Source: an uncultured Smithella sp. (GTDB lineage Bacteria; Desulfobacterota; Syntrophia; Syntrophales; Smithellaceae). From it: a DNA stretch of 64,000 nucleotides. Of this stretch, positions 8,918 through 17,665 are shown piece after piece (position 1 is the stretch's first letter; every line of letters begins with the position of its first letter). The DNA lies in assembly GCA_964547345.1 (NCBI GenBank), contig CAZJMX010000007.1, forward strand, positions 35,791 to 99,790, written 5' to 3'. A program made the translations under genes and the position numbers. The notes beneath the pieces are model-generated. The model was not told the DNA's origin. It saw only the letters and a list, made by a program, of their open reading frames with translations, and made no database searches.

Positions 8918-10315
8918 TCACGCCTTATCAGCCAAAAAGATCTGTTCCACACGGCGGAAATCGGTTTTGCCGGTGGCGGTGCGGGCAATAGAGGGAACAA
9001 TTTTAATGCGGCGGGGCATGGCGTAAGGCTCGAGTTTTTCCAGAATCATTTTTTTGAGTTGCGCTTCCGCCAGATCGCAGGCAACCAGCGCGGCAATCAC
9101 ACTTTCACGGCCTTTCTCGGCGGGAAGCGCGATAACCACCACATCGCGAACGGTCGGCAGGGTCTGAATCTTGTTTTGCACATCGAGCAAATCGACGCGC
9201 TTCCCGGCAACTTTGACAATGCCGTCGGCGCGTCCCAGCAGAACAAAGCGGTCATTTTTGTCAAGTTGGACCTCATCGCCTGTCACGCAAAAGCCATCTG
9301 CGTCTTTGTCCATCTCACGCGACACAAAATCCGACCGGACGGCCAGTCTTTTCCCGGAGAGCCGCCAGGCCACGACATCGGCGGGCTTCCAGCTTTCGGT
9401 GTTTTCACTGATGCTGCGCGCGGCGATACCGCCGGTTTCCGTCGATCCGTATATTTCGGTAATCCCCAGGCCGGTTTTTTTCAAGAAATGCGACGCATCG
9501 GAACGGTTTAAGACACCCGATGAGGAAAAGGCGATTTTCAAAGACGGAGCCGAGAGGTTTTCGACTTTCAAAGACCGGTAATGAACCGGGACGCTCACCA
9601 GCACGGTAGCTTTGTGCCGGTTGATGGTGGAGATGATCTCCTGCGGAAACGTAAAAATTTCCGGCATGACACGGGCATGGGCCAGTAAAGGAAGTAAAAC
9701 GGAAAACAACAGACCGTAAATATGATACGGCGGAACCGTGGACACCAGCAGGTCTCTGGACGTAATATCGAATTGATCCCGCAAATAAAAAGCTTCGGCC
9801 AGAAGATTGCGAGGCGTCTTGGACCAGACCCTGGGCTTGCCGGTCGAACCGCCGGTGAACAGGCGCAAAAAAGAGTCATCCGGATTGCGCATGTCGTCGG
9901 GATCGAGATCGTCGGGGTTTCCCGCAAGCGGTGTGATAATTTCCACGCCGGGTAATTCTTCGGGGTGATCCGCAATAGCGGCTTCAAAACTGACGGCCTC
10001 GTTCATCTCCATCAGCGCGTGGGCGGAAAAGGAGTGCGGCAAAACCAGCTTGCAGGCGCCGGAAAGCGAGGCCAGGATGGATGCGGCAATCACGGCTTTG
10101 TTCTCCGTGCACAGGCAAAGGGATTTATCCACACCGCGCCGGGTGAGCGTTTTCTTCAATCCGGCAGCCAGCGCAAAAATCTCGCCGTAGGTATAGCCGG
10201 AATAGGTAAACTCGCGAAGACAGAGGGTCTTAGACGGCGCAAAGATTTTGCGATACGCGCTGATAAAATGGTCTTTTTCTTCTGTCACCATGCCCGGATT
10301 CAAACCACCCCTCAA
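8918..10315 (-). CDS. Adenylate-forming enzyme, acyl-ACP synthetase (AasS/ApeH)-like
   Basis: 465 aa with motifs FTGGSTGKPR, EIYGSTETGGIA, VTGDEV, GRADGIVKVAGKRV and TATGKTD. It is shorter than FadD-type ligases, as ApeH-like starter-activating enzymes are. Confidence 0.8.
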   Translation of the reverse strand: MRGGLNPGMVTEEKDHFISAYRKIFAPSKTLCLREFTYSGYTYGEIFALAAGLKKTLTRRGVDKSLCLCTENKAVIAASILASLSGACKLVLPHSFSAHALMEMNEAVSFEAAIADHPEELPGVEIITPLAGNPDDLDPDDMRNPDDSFLRLFTGGSTGKPRVWSKTPRNLLAEAFYLRDQFDITSRDLLVSTVPPYHIYGLLFSVLLPLLAHARVMPEIFTFPQEIISTINRHKATVLVSVPVHYRSLKVENLSAPSLKIAFSSSGVLNRSDASHFLKKTGLGITEIYGSTETGGIAARSISENTESWKPADVVAWRLSGKRLAVRSDFVSREMDKDADGFCVTGDEVQLDKNDRFVLLGRADGIVKVAGKRVDLLDVQNKIQTLPTVRDVVVIALPAEKGRESVIAALVACDLAEAQLKKMILEKLEPYAMPRRIKIVPSIARTATGKTDFRRVEQIFLADKA

Positions 10316-10491
10316 ATTTGAAACAGCGTTTATCTATCGGAAATGAAGAAAAAAATCAATGCAGGTTTTTATCAAGGGCTCGGCACGCGAAACATCCGCT
10401 TTATCGCAAGCCCCAGGGGGCCGGATGTTTTTTTTGTTGACTTTGCCGCCCTTTTCTCAGTAATTGGAAAAGAAAAAAGGACACCGAACCG

Positions 10492-10911
10492 ATGATCGAT
10501 ATTGAAGCGTTGATCCCACACCGCAAACCGATCAAAGTCATCACGGATATCATCGAACTGGATGAGAATTCCGGCACTGCCGCCGCCGTGGTTAACGAAA
10601 ACTGGCCGCTTTGCGACGGACGGACGGTCAGTTCGCTCGTTTTGATTGAAGCCATCGCTCAGACGTCCGCCGTTGTCGAAGGCCATAAACGGATGCTTGA
10701 AGGGAAAAGCGGCGCAAAAGGCTGGCTGGTCGGCATCAAAACCGCCGACTTCAAGACGGATGCCATTGCCGTTAATACATCGATCACCGTTCATGTCGAG
10801 AGCCTATATTCCTTTGACAACTACGGCGTCATTGAAGGCGTTGTAAAATCGGGCGAGGATATTCTGGTGACGGCGATATTGCAGGCGATGCGCCTCAATG
10901 ATGATGTGTAA
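10492..10911 (+). CDS. Hotdog-fold 3-hydroxyacyl-ACP dehydratase-like protein (ApeI/ApeP-like)
   Basis: 139 aa with LIPHRKPIKV at the N-terminus and LIEAIAQT, both FabZ-like. The position of the FabZ catalytic HF(P) reads NWP by hand alignment. Confidence 0.7.
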   Translation: MIDIEALIPHRKPIKVITDIIELDENSGTAAAVVNENWPLCDGRTVSSLVLIEAIAQTSAVVEGHKRMLEGKSGAKGWLVGIKTADFKTDAIAVNTSITVHVESLYSFDNYGVIEGVVKSGEDILVTAILQAMRLNDDV

Positions 10912-10939
10912 AAAACCATAAAGGAGCAAAATACAATAT

Positions 10940-11674
10940 ATGGATGAAAAAAAGGTAGCCATTGTAACGGGCGCCAGCCGGGGCATCGGCCGGGCGACGG
11001 CGGTAGAGCTTGCAAAATGCGGTTATTATGTCGTGATCAATTACAACGCGAGCGCTGACGCAGCAGGCGAAACACTGGCCCAAGTGCAGGCGGCAGGCGG
11101 CGCGGGTGAAGTGATCAAATTCGATGTAGCCAATGGCGAGGAAGTCAAGGAAGCGCTGGCTAAAATCGTCGAAGCGCACAAAAGAATCGACGTGCTGGTC
11201 AATAACGCCGGCGTGACGGCGGACGGCCTCTTCATGATGATGGGCGAGGATGAATGGAGCCGCGTCATCAACACAACGCTCAATGGTTTTTATTATGTCA
11301 CAAAACCCGTCTTGCGCGAGATGGTCCGGAAGAAACGCGGGTCCATTGTCTCCGTATCCTCCATTTCCGCCATGAATCCTAACCGCGGCCAGGCCAACTA
11401 CGCGGCGGCCAAGGCAGGCTTAAACGCTGCCACAAGCTCTCTGGCCAAAGAAGTGGCGCGTTTCGGCATCCGCGTGAACGTTGTCGCACCGGGACCGGTT
11501 GAAACGGATATGTTAAGCGCCATGCCGATACCTGCCGACCAGATTAAAAATATTATTCCCATGGGGCGTGTCGGCAAGCCCGAAGAAATCGCCCGCGTGA
11601 TCCGCTTTTTATGTTCCGAGGATGCTTCATATATCACAGGACAGGTGATCTCCATCAACGGCGGTATGTTCTAA
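10940..11674 (+). CDS. fabG: 3-oxoacyl-ACP reductase (SDR, FabG/ApeQ-like)
   Basis: VTGASRGIGRA cofactor motif, NNAG, and the catalytic YAAAKAG (YxxxK). Confidence 0.9.
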   Translation: MDEKKVAIVTGASRGIGRATAVELAKCGYYVVINYNASADAAGETLAQVQAAGGAGEVIKFDVANGEEVKEALAKIVEAHKRIDVLVNNAGVTADGLFMMMGEDEWSRVINTTLNGFYYVTKPVLREMVRKKRGSIVSVSSISAMNPNRGQANYAAAKAGLNAATSSLAKEVARFGIRVNVVAPGPVETDMLSAMPIPADQIKNIIPMGRVGKPEEIARVIRFLCSEDASYITGQVISINGGMF

Positions 11675-11694
11675 TGTTCTATCAGGTAACAACA

Positions 11695-12306
11695 ATGAAA
11701 AAAACATGGCTGTTATTGCTGGTATTTTTTGCGGCGACGACTCAGTCTGTATGGGCGAATGATTTTGAACAGCTGCGGAAGGATTCGGTGCGCATCAAAA
11801 CCATTTCCGCTGATTTTGTCCAGAAGAAGTCCATGAAAATTCTGTCCAAACCCCTGATCTCGGACGGGAAGTTTTATTACACCGCGCCGGATTTCATCCG
11901 CTGGGAATATACCAAACCTATCCGAAGCGTTGTCATTTCCGGCAAGGGCGCAACGAAACGCTACATCGCCTCCGGCGGAAAAATGGTCGAAGATAAAACC
12001 GGCGGCGCCCAAGCCATGAAAATCGTGCTCGATGAAGTTGCGGGTTGGATGAGCGGAAAATTTGATACCAACCCTTCCTTCAAGGCCACGCTTCAGGAAG
12101 GAACCGCCACAACCATCACACTGGTTCCGATGGAAAAGAGCATGGTTGCTCTGATTGAAAAAATTGAAATTGTCGTTTCCCGAAAAGACGCGCAGGTTAA
12201 ATCCGTGCGGATTGTGGAGAGCGCCAGCGCCGAGACGCGCATAGACTTTTCGCGTGTCGTCGTTAATGCGGACATTGCCCCGTCCGTATTCCAGGATGTC
12301 CAATGA
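11695..12306 (+). CDS. LolA-like outer-membrane lipoprotein carrier family protein (ApeL-like)
   Basis: Signal peptide MKKTWLLLLVFFAATTQSVWA. LolA-like pattern ADFVQKK...SDGKFYY...IRWEY. Confidence 0.7.
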   Translation: MKKTWLLLLVFFAATTQSVWANDFEQLRKDSVRIKTISADFVQKKSMKILSKPLISDGKFYYTAPDFIRWEYTKPIRSVVISGKGATKRYIASGGKMVEDKTGGAQAMKIVLDEVAGWMSGKFDTNPSFKATLQEGTATTITLVPMEKSMVALIEKIEIVVSRKDAQVKSVRIVESASAETRIDFSRVVVNADIAPSVFQDVQ

Positions 12307-12998
12307 AAGGCGTCTGTGTCCTGATCGCAACACTTGTGCTTGCGGCCTGCCAGAACTTGCCGGTCATCGGCCCGCCGCCCGCGTCAGGCAGCAAGACGGC
12401 CTGCCCGTCAGTATTTGCCGAGACTCCCGTCCGTTTTATTCACGCCATTGAAGCGCGCGCAGCCGGAAAGACCCAGGCCGTCATGATCGGCGTGACGGTT
12501 TTGAATCCCGAAACCCAAACCATCGAAAGCGCGATTGTGAGCCCGGAGGGCCTGTCGCTTTTCGAGGCAACGGCGGTTGCAGGTGATATCAAAGTCAGCC
12601 GCGCGCTGCCACCCTTTGACGCGCCGGATTTTGCAAAAAACATGATGAACGATATTGAGTTGATTTTTCTTGCGCCGCAGGGCACGCTCAAAGAGCAGGG
12701 AATATTGGCCGACGGACGGGTCGTTTGCCGCCGGCATCAGGAACAAGGCGGCTGGGTCGACGTAAGTCAAGACGCAGACGGTCGCATCCGCATTCAGCGC
12801 TATTCGGAAAATGCTAAGCCCGAACGCACCGTGACACTTACGCCACAAGCAGGCAACGCCTACGCAATGATTGTTCTTCAGGCGGCTGGATTGATCGATT
12901 ACACCCTGATCATGACGCTGATCGAATCCGAAGCCGTTGCCGATGAGGCAAAAAACGAACCGCCCATTAACAAACCCTCCCAAGGAAAGGCTCCATGA
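12303..12998 (+). CDS. Lipoprotein of unknown function (DUF3261/ApeN-like by context)
   Basis: Lipobox LVLAAC at residues 12-17. ATGA overlaps with both neighbours. Its position after the LolA-like gene matches APE cluster synteny. Confidence 0.55.
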   Translation: MKGVCVLIATLVLAACQNLPVIGPPPASGSKTACPSVFAETPVRFIHAIEARAAGKTQAVMIGVTVLNPETQTIESAIVSPEGLSLFEATAVAGDIKVSRALPPFDAPDFAKNMMNDIELIFLAPQGTLKEQGILADGRVVCRRHQEQGGWVDVSQDADGRIRIQRYSENAKPERTVTLTPQAGNAYAMIVLQAAGLIDYTLIMTLIESEAVADEAKNEPPINKPSQGKAP

Positions 12999-14500
12999 GA
13001 AATCCCGTTGAAGGTAAAAATATTGTTGTCATTGGTTCAGGAATTGGCGGTCTGTCCGTAGGCATTCTTTTGTCGGCGCTGAAATTCAACGTGACCGTTG
13101 TGGAAAAAAATCCAATGCCGGGGGGATTGATGAATTCCTATCGGAAGAGCGGTATCGATTGCCCCGTGGGCGTTCATTACGTGGGCGCGCTGGCTGATAA
13201 CGAACCCCTGGGCAAAATGTTTTCCGTTTTAGGCATTGGCGTTGATGAATTGTTTTACCGCATGGGACGAGACGGCATAATCGACCGCTATATCTTCGAC
13301 GATTTCACCTTCGATCTGCCAGTGAGCGTCGATGCTTATGAAAAAAATCTAAGAGACGCGTGTCCGGAAGATGCCGGGGCGCTCGATATCATCCTGAAAA
13401 ACCTGCGCGACATTGCCTCCCGGATGATGAACCCGTTGTTTTTACTCAATCAGGGCGATCCGTTTTCGACCATGGATTATTTCCAGCCGATGGGGGAACT
13501 GCTCGACGAACGATCCGCCTCACCTCGCCTTCGCGCGATCCTGGCCATTCCCTGCCAGCTCATCGGCGTGCAACTCGATGAATGTCCGATTATTTTTCAT
13601 CACATGGTGGTGGCCAGTTACTTGTTTTCATCCTGGCGGCTCAAAAAAGGCGGCTCGCATATGACGGATGTTTTTGTCTCTCGCTTCCGTCAGTCGGGCG
13701 GATCACTGATTCTGAATAAAGCCGTCACAAAAATCCGGACCGAAAACGGAAAGGTTTCAGGAGTGGATCTGTCGAGTGGCGAAACATTAGACGCGGATGG
13801 CGTTGTGGCCGCCATTCATCCAAAAATTCTCTTGGAGCTGCTTTCGCCAGGCGATTTACGGCCGGCGCTTCAAGAGCGCATCCGGGCGCTTGACGAGACG
13901 GACGGTATTATTGCCGTTCAGGCCGCAATCGACGCGGCGGCGCACCCTGAACTTGATTATAACATTTATCGTCTTGCCACCAACGATCAAGGATTTATCG
14001 AAGACGGCATTTTTTACCAGATCCGCGAAGGCGATCACAAAAACAGCCATCTGCTCTCCATCATCACGCGGTCGCTTTATGAAGACTGGCGTCCTTGGGA
14101 AAATACGAAAACGGGGAAGCGCGGAGCGGACTACGAAGCAAAAAAACTTGCCCTCGCCCGTGATCTGATGGCCAAAGCCGAAGGCGTTTTCGGCCCGCTC
14201 AAAAATCCGCGCATTCTGGACGTGTTCACACCGCTGACGGTGCGCGATTATGTCAATTGTCCCGAAGGCTCCTGCTACGGCGTGTTGCGTTCATCCCGCC
14301 AGCTGCTCAAAGTGGCGTCGCTTCACAACATACCCATAGGCGGGCTTTGTCTGGCAGGGCAAAACGCGCTCGCACCGGGCGTTATGGGCAGCATCCTCGG
14401 ATCGCTTGCCGCCGTCCGGCAGATCATTGGTCAGAAACGTTTTGCCGAGGAATTCCATCCGCAACTCTCAAGGCTGGACGTCCACGCTGATTTATGTTAG
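12995..14500 (+). CDS. NAD(P)/FAD-dependent oxidoreductase, phytoene-desaturase (CrtI)-like
   Basis: N-terminal dinucleotide fold IVVIGSGIGGLSVG ... VVEKNPMPGG. The 501-aa length is typical of the CrtI/amine-oxidase family. Confidence 0.8.
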   Translation: MRNPVEGKNIVVIGSGIGGLSVGILLSALKFNVTVVEKNPMPGGLMNSYRKSGIDCPVGVHYVGALADNEPLGKMFSVLGIGVDELFYRMGRDGIIDRYIFDDFTFDLPVSVDAYEKNLRDACPEDAGALDIILKNLRDIASRMMNPLFLLNQGDPFSTMDYFQPMGELLDERSASPRLRAILAIPCQLIGVQLDECPIIFHHMVVASYLFSSWRLKKGGSHMTDVFVSRFRQSGGSLILNKAVTKIRTENGKVSGVDLSSGETLDADGVVAAIHPKILLELLSPGDLRPALQERIRALDETDGIIAVQAAIDAAAHPELDYNIYRLATNDQGFIEDGIFYQIREGDHKNSHLLSIITRSLYEDWRPWENTKTGKRGADYEAKKLALARDLMAKAEGVFGPLKNPRILDVFTPLTVRDYVNCPEGSCYGVLRSSRQLLKVASLHNIPIGGLCLAGQNALAPGVMGSILGSLAAVRQIIGQKRFAEEFHPQLSRLDVHADLC

Positions 14501-14672
14501 CTTTCGCGGCACTTGCGTCCGGAGCCGGTCGGTCCTCCAAAGCGGATGCGGAATATTGAAAAAAGCCGGTTTTTTTGTTAGTCCATAATCAACCACCTCG
14601 CAGCAAGTTGCGGAGAATTAACGCTCGTCTTGCAACAGCGGGATTAAAATTTAAAGGAATCAGGCCAAGTCC

Positions 14673-14939
14673 ATGACACGTCAGGATATTGAAAAAGAAG
14701 TCCGCCATATTTTTCTGCGGGAATTTGAAGTGGAGAATCCCGAACTGGATGTCAATCTGCGCGAAGCCTATGGTTTTGACAGCATCGATGCCATTGAACT
14801 GCTCCTGGAAATTGAAAAATTCCTGGGATCGGAACTTCAGCAGGAAGAAAAAAAGCAGGCGATGGACATTCGCACACTCACTCAGATTATCGATTATATT
14901 GAAATGCTGGCCCGCAAGCGTGGACTCATGGCGGGATGA
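14673..14939 (+). CDS. Acyl carrier protein
   Basis: 88 aa with the phosphopantetheine attachment motif GFDSIDAIELL. Confidence 0.85.
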   Translation: MTRQDIEKEVRHIFLREFEVENPELDVNLREAYGFDSIDAIELLLEIEKFLGSELQQEEKKQAMDIRTLTQIIDYIEMLARKRGLMAG

Positions 14940-14948
14940 GGGATTTTT

Positions 14949-16187
14949 ATGGAGCGCAGAGTTGTCATTACGGCCGCCTCGGCCATCTCACCTATCGGGC
15001 ACGGTAAAGATCAAATCGTGGAGAGCCTGCAAAAAGGCGTCTCCGGCGTGAAAACACTGCGCGAGGACGAGTTGATCAGCCGCTTCATCCACTCCCGTGT
15101 TTACGGCGCCGTGAGTTATCCTATTGAATATGAATTCGCCCGCCAGCACCGCAAAACCATGGGGCCGGTGGCGTATTACGCCTGCCAGGTGGCCAAGGAA
15201 GTTTTAGCTCAGGCGGGGCTTCCCGGAGAATTTGTCACCTCCGGCAGATTGGGCATTGCCTTCGGATCGATTCACGGCTCGCCCACCGTCCAGCGCGATA
15301 TTTACAAAATATTTTTTGAAGCCAAGGATAAAGCAACCTATGCCAGCATCGGCGCGGTGGATTACCTGAAATCCATGGTGCACACCACCGCCGTCAATAT
15401 CTCCAAGATGTTCGGCATCACCGGCCGTATTATTTCATCAGGCACCGCCTGCACGACGGCCAGCCAATCCATCGGCTTCGGTTATGAAGCTGTCAAGTTC
15501 GGTATGCAGGACGCCATGATCTGCGGCGGCGCGGATGAGTATGACACCATCACGGTCGCGGTTTTCGATAACCTCCTGGCCTGTTCCACCGCTTTCAACG
15601 ATCAGCCCACGCGCACCCCGCGTCCGTTTGACCGCGCACGCGACGGCCTGGTCGTCGCCGAAGGGGCAGGCGCGGTGATGCTTGAAGAATATGAATTTGC
15701 TAAAAAAAGGGGCGCGCCGATTCTGGCGGAAGTGATCGGCTTTGCCTGTAACTCCAACGGTGGCGATTTGATTCTGCCCAATCTCGACGGCATCACCAAA
15801 ACCCTGAAGCTGGGCCTGGAAAACGCAAAAATCAACGCCTCGGAAGTCGATCTGGTGAGCGCGCACGCCACCGCCACCAAGATGGGCGACATCATTGAAG
15901 CCCAGGCCATGGGCGCGGTCTACGGCCAAAACCCCCATGTCGTGGCGCTGAAAAGCTACATGGGGCATACCATGGCGGCCTGCGGCGGCATTGAAACCGT
16001 GATGACGCTTTACATGATGCAGGAAGGCTTTATTGCCCCGACGCTGAACCTGGAAGAAATCGATGAACGCTGTGCGATGGTCAACCACGCTCAGAAGCTG
16101 ATTGAACAACCGGTCAAAACGGCGGCCATTCAGAATTTCGCCTTCGGCGGCGTCAACACCAGTCTCGTGATACGAAAGTTGACCTGA
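14949..16187 (+). CDS. Beta-ketoacyl-ACP synthase (FabF/ApeR-like, catalytically competent)
   Basis: Cys in SSGTACTTAS, and both His residues in VSAHATATKMGD and YMGHTMAACG. Confidence 0.9.
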   Translation: MERRVVITAASAISPIGHGKDQIVESLQKGVSGVKTLREDELISRFIHSRVYGAVSYPIEYEFARQHRKTMGPVAYYACQVAKEVLAQAGLPGEFVTSGRLGIAFGSIHGSPTVQRDIYKIFFEAKDKATYASIGAVDYLKSMVHTTAVNISKMFGITGRIISSGTACTTASQSIGFGYEAVKFGMQDAMICGGADEYDTITVAVFDNLLACSTAFNDQPTRTPRPFDRARDGLVVAEGAGAVMLEEYEFAKKRGAPILAEVIGFACNSNGGDLILPNLDGITKTLKLGLENAKINASEVDLVSAHATATKMGDIIEAQAMGAVYGQNPHVVALKSYMGHTMAACGGIETVMTLYMMQEGFIAPTLNLEEIDERCAMVNHAQKLIEQPVKTAAIQNFAFGGVNTSLVIRKLT

Positions 16188-16194
16188 TACGAAC

Positions 16195-16998
16195 ATGTTT
16201 ATTGCCACACTCACCCGGCGCATCATCGACTTTGGCCTGACGGTGCTTGTGTGGGTCTATTTCCTTTTCGGCTATCTGGTCTTGCTGCCGATTTTCCTCG
16301 TCCCCTATTATTTCATCTGCCGCGATGTCGCAGCCGCTCTGCAGAAATTAAACCATCTGCATCTGAAAACGTTTTTTCTCCTGACCCGGACGTTGATGCC
16401 GCGCACCACCTATCAGATCGATCCGGCGGTGCGCAATCTTCAATCGTCCGTGATCGTATGCAATCACATCTCATATCTCGATCCGATTCTGCTGATATCG
16501 CTTTTCCCCCGCCAGACGACCATTGTCAAAAATACCTTTTTCAGCGTGCCGATTTTCGGCTGGTTTTTGAAAAAGGCCGGCTATGTGCCTTCATCGCCCG
16601 CGGAAATGTATGGCGCGGCGATGATTAAAAATCTGGAGGACATCAAGGGTCATCTGGCGGCAGGCGGCAATTTGTTTGTGTTTCCGGAAGGCACCCGCAG
16701 CCGCAACGGAAGACTTGCGCCCTTCAATCGCGGCGTATTCAGCATCGCGCGCTACTGCAATACGGATTTGAAACTGGTTTTTATCCGCAATACCGACCAA
16801 CTGTTTCGTCCCGGCACGTTTTCCTTCAACACGCGCGAATCGAACATCATCTCTGTGGAGTTGATCGCCACTCTGAAACCGGATTATCAGGCGAACAACT
16901 TCTCCATCAATACCGTCGCTGATGAGGCCCGGAACCTCTATAAACGACGCATCGCCGGCAATACAGCACAGAGAGATTCCGGAGATCAGAAACGATAA
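16195..16998 (+). CDS. Lysophospholipid (1-acyl-sn-glycerol-3-phosphate, PlsC-type) acyltransferase
   Basis: N-terminal TM segment, HX4D motif NHISYLD, and FPEGTRS. Confidence 0.85.
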   Translation: MFIATLTRRIIDFGLTVLVWVYFLFGYLVLLPIFLVPYYFICRDVAAALQKLNHLHLKTFFLLTRTLMPRTTYQIDPAVRNLQSSVIVCNHISYLDPILLISLFPRQTTIVKNTFFSVPIFGWFLKKAGYVPSSPAEMYGAAMIKNLEDIKGHLAAGGNLFVFPEGTRSRNGRLAPFNRGVFSIARYCNTDLKLVFIRNTDQLFRPGTFSFNTRESNIISVELIATLKPDYQANNFSINTVADEARNLYKRRIAGNTAQRDSGDQKR

Positions 16999-17025
16999 AC
17001 GAATAAAATCTATGGAGGTCGGAAT

Positions 17026-17583
17026 ATGGAATTACAGCAAGCCGTTTTAAAAAGACGAAGTGTTCGCAGGTTTTCGGAGGAGGGCGTGACGGATGAGGAG
17101 TTGCGGCAGATCTTTGAAGCCGTGCGCTGGTCGCCTTCGTGGTCCAATACGCAGGCCTGGGAATTTGTGGTCGTGCGCGACAAGGATTTAATTGCGCAGG
17201 TGGTCGGAACCTATTCAGGAAAAAATCCCGCGACCAAATGTTCGCTCACGGCCTCCGCTCTGATTGTGGTCTGCGCGAAGACCGGCATTTCGGGCTGCTA
17301 TGACGGACAGCAATCGACCAAATATGATTCCTGGTTCATGTTTGATCTGGGCATCGCCACGCAGACCCTTTGCCTGACGGCTCACGAAATGGGACTGGGC
17401 ACGGTTGTCGTGGGGTTGATGGATCATGACGCCTGCAAGAAAGTGATTGCCCTGCCAGACGGCTACGAAGTGGCCGCCGTCATCCCTATCGGACGCCCTG
17501 TAGGAGATCCCAAGGAAGGCCCCGCGCGCAAGACGGTTTCGGATATGGTGCATCTGAATACATTTGAAAAAAAAATGTTTTAG
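17026..17583 (+). CDS. Nitroreductase-family flavoprotein
   Basis: 185 aa; RRSVRRF near the N-terminus and an overall NfnB/FRase-like pattern. Confidence 0.8.
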   Translation: MELQQAVLKRRSVRRFSEEGVTDEELRQIFEAVRWSPSWSNTQAWEFVVVRDKDLIAQVVGTYSGKNPATKCSLTASALIVVCAKTGISGCYDGQQSTKYDSWFMFDLGIATQTLCLTAHEMGLGTVVVGLMDHDACKKVIALPDGYEVAAVIPIGRPVGDPKEGPARKTVSDMVHLNTFEKKMF

Positions 17584-17665
17584 GACAGCCCGCAGGGAAC
17601 GGGTTGACCCCGTTCCCTGCGGAACGAATAACGCCTCACGCAAGAGGAGATACGAGCGACGCTTC

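Noticed and set aside
8602-8991. 129-aa ORF spanning the convergent spacer 8649..8917
   Set aside because: It overlaps the ends of both flanking genes and has no RBS or motifs. The spacer is better described as non-coding with the ACGAGATAC micro-repeat.
10381-10400. GGCACG-containing sequences resembling sigma-54 -24 elements (also GGCACTTGCG at about 14509)
   Set aside because: The required TTGC(A/T) -12 element at the correct 4-5-nt spacing is missing in both cases.
10411-10437. CCCCAGGGGG followed by a T-run upstream of the dehydratase operon as a second terminator-like hairpin
   Set aside because: Only about 3 bp can pair once a viable loop is allowed, and the T-run is 7 nt away. This is too weak to report.
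15438-16226. 262-aa minus-strand ORF overlapping the ketosynthase gene
   Set aside because: It is antisense to a KS with an intact catalytic triad, and no motifs were found. It is a shadow ORF. The same reasoning applies to 25397..26197, 27917..28852, 32295..33047, 11713..12333 and 23530..24018.
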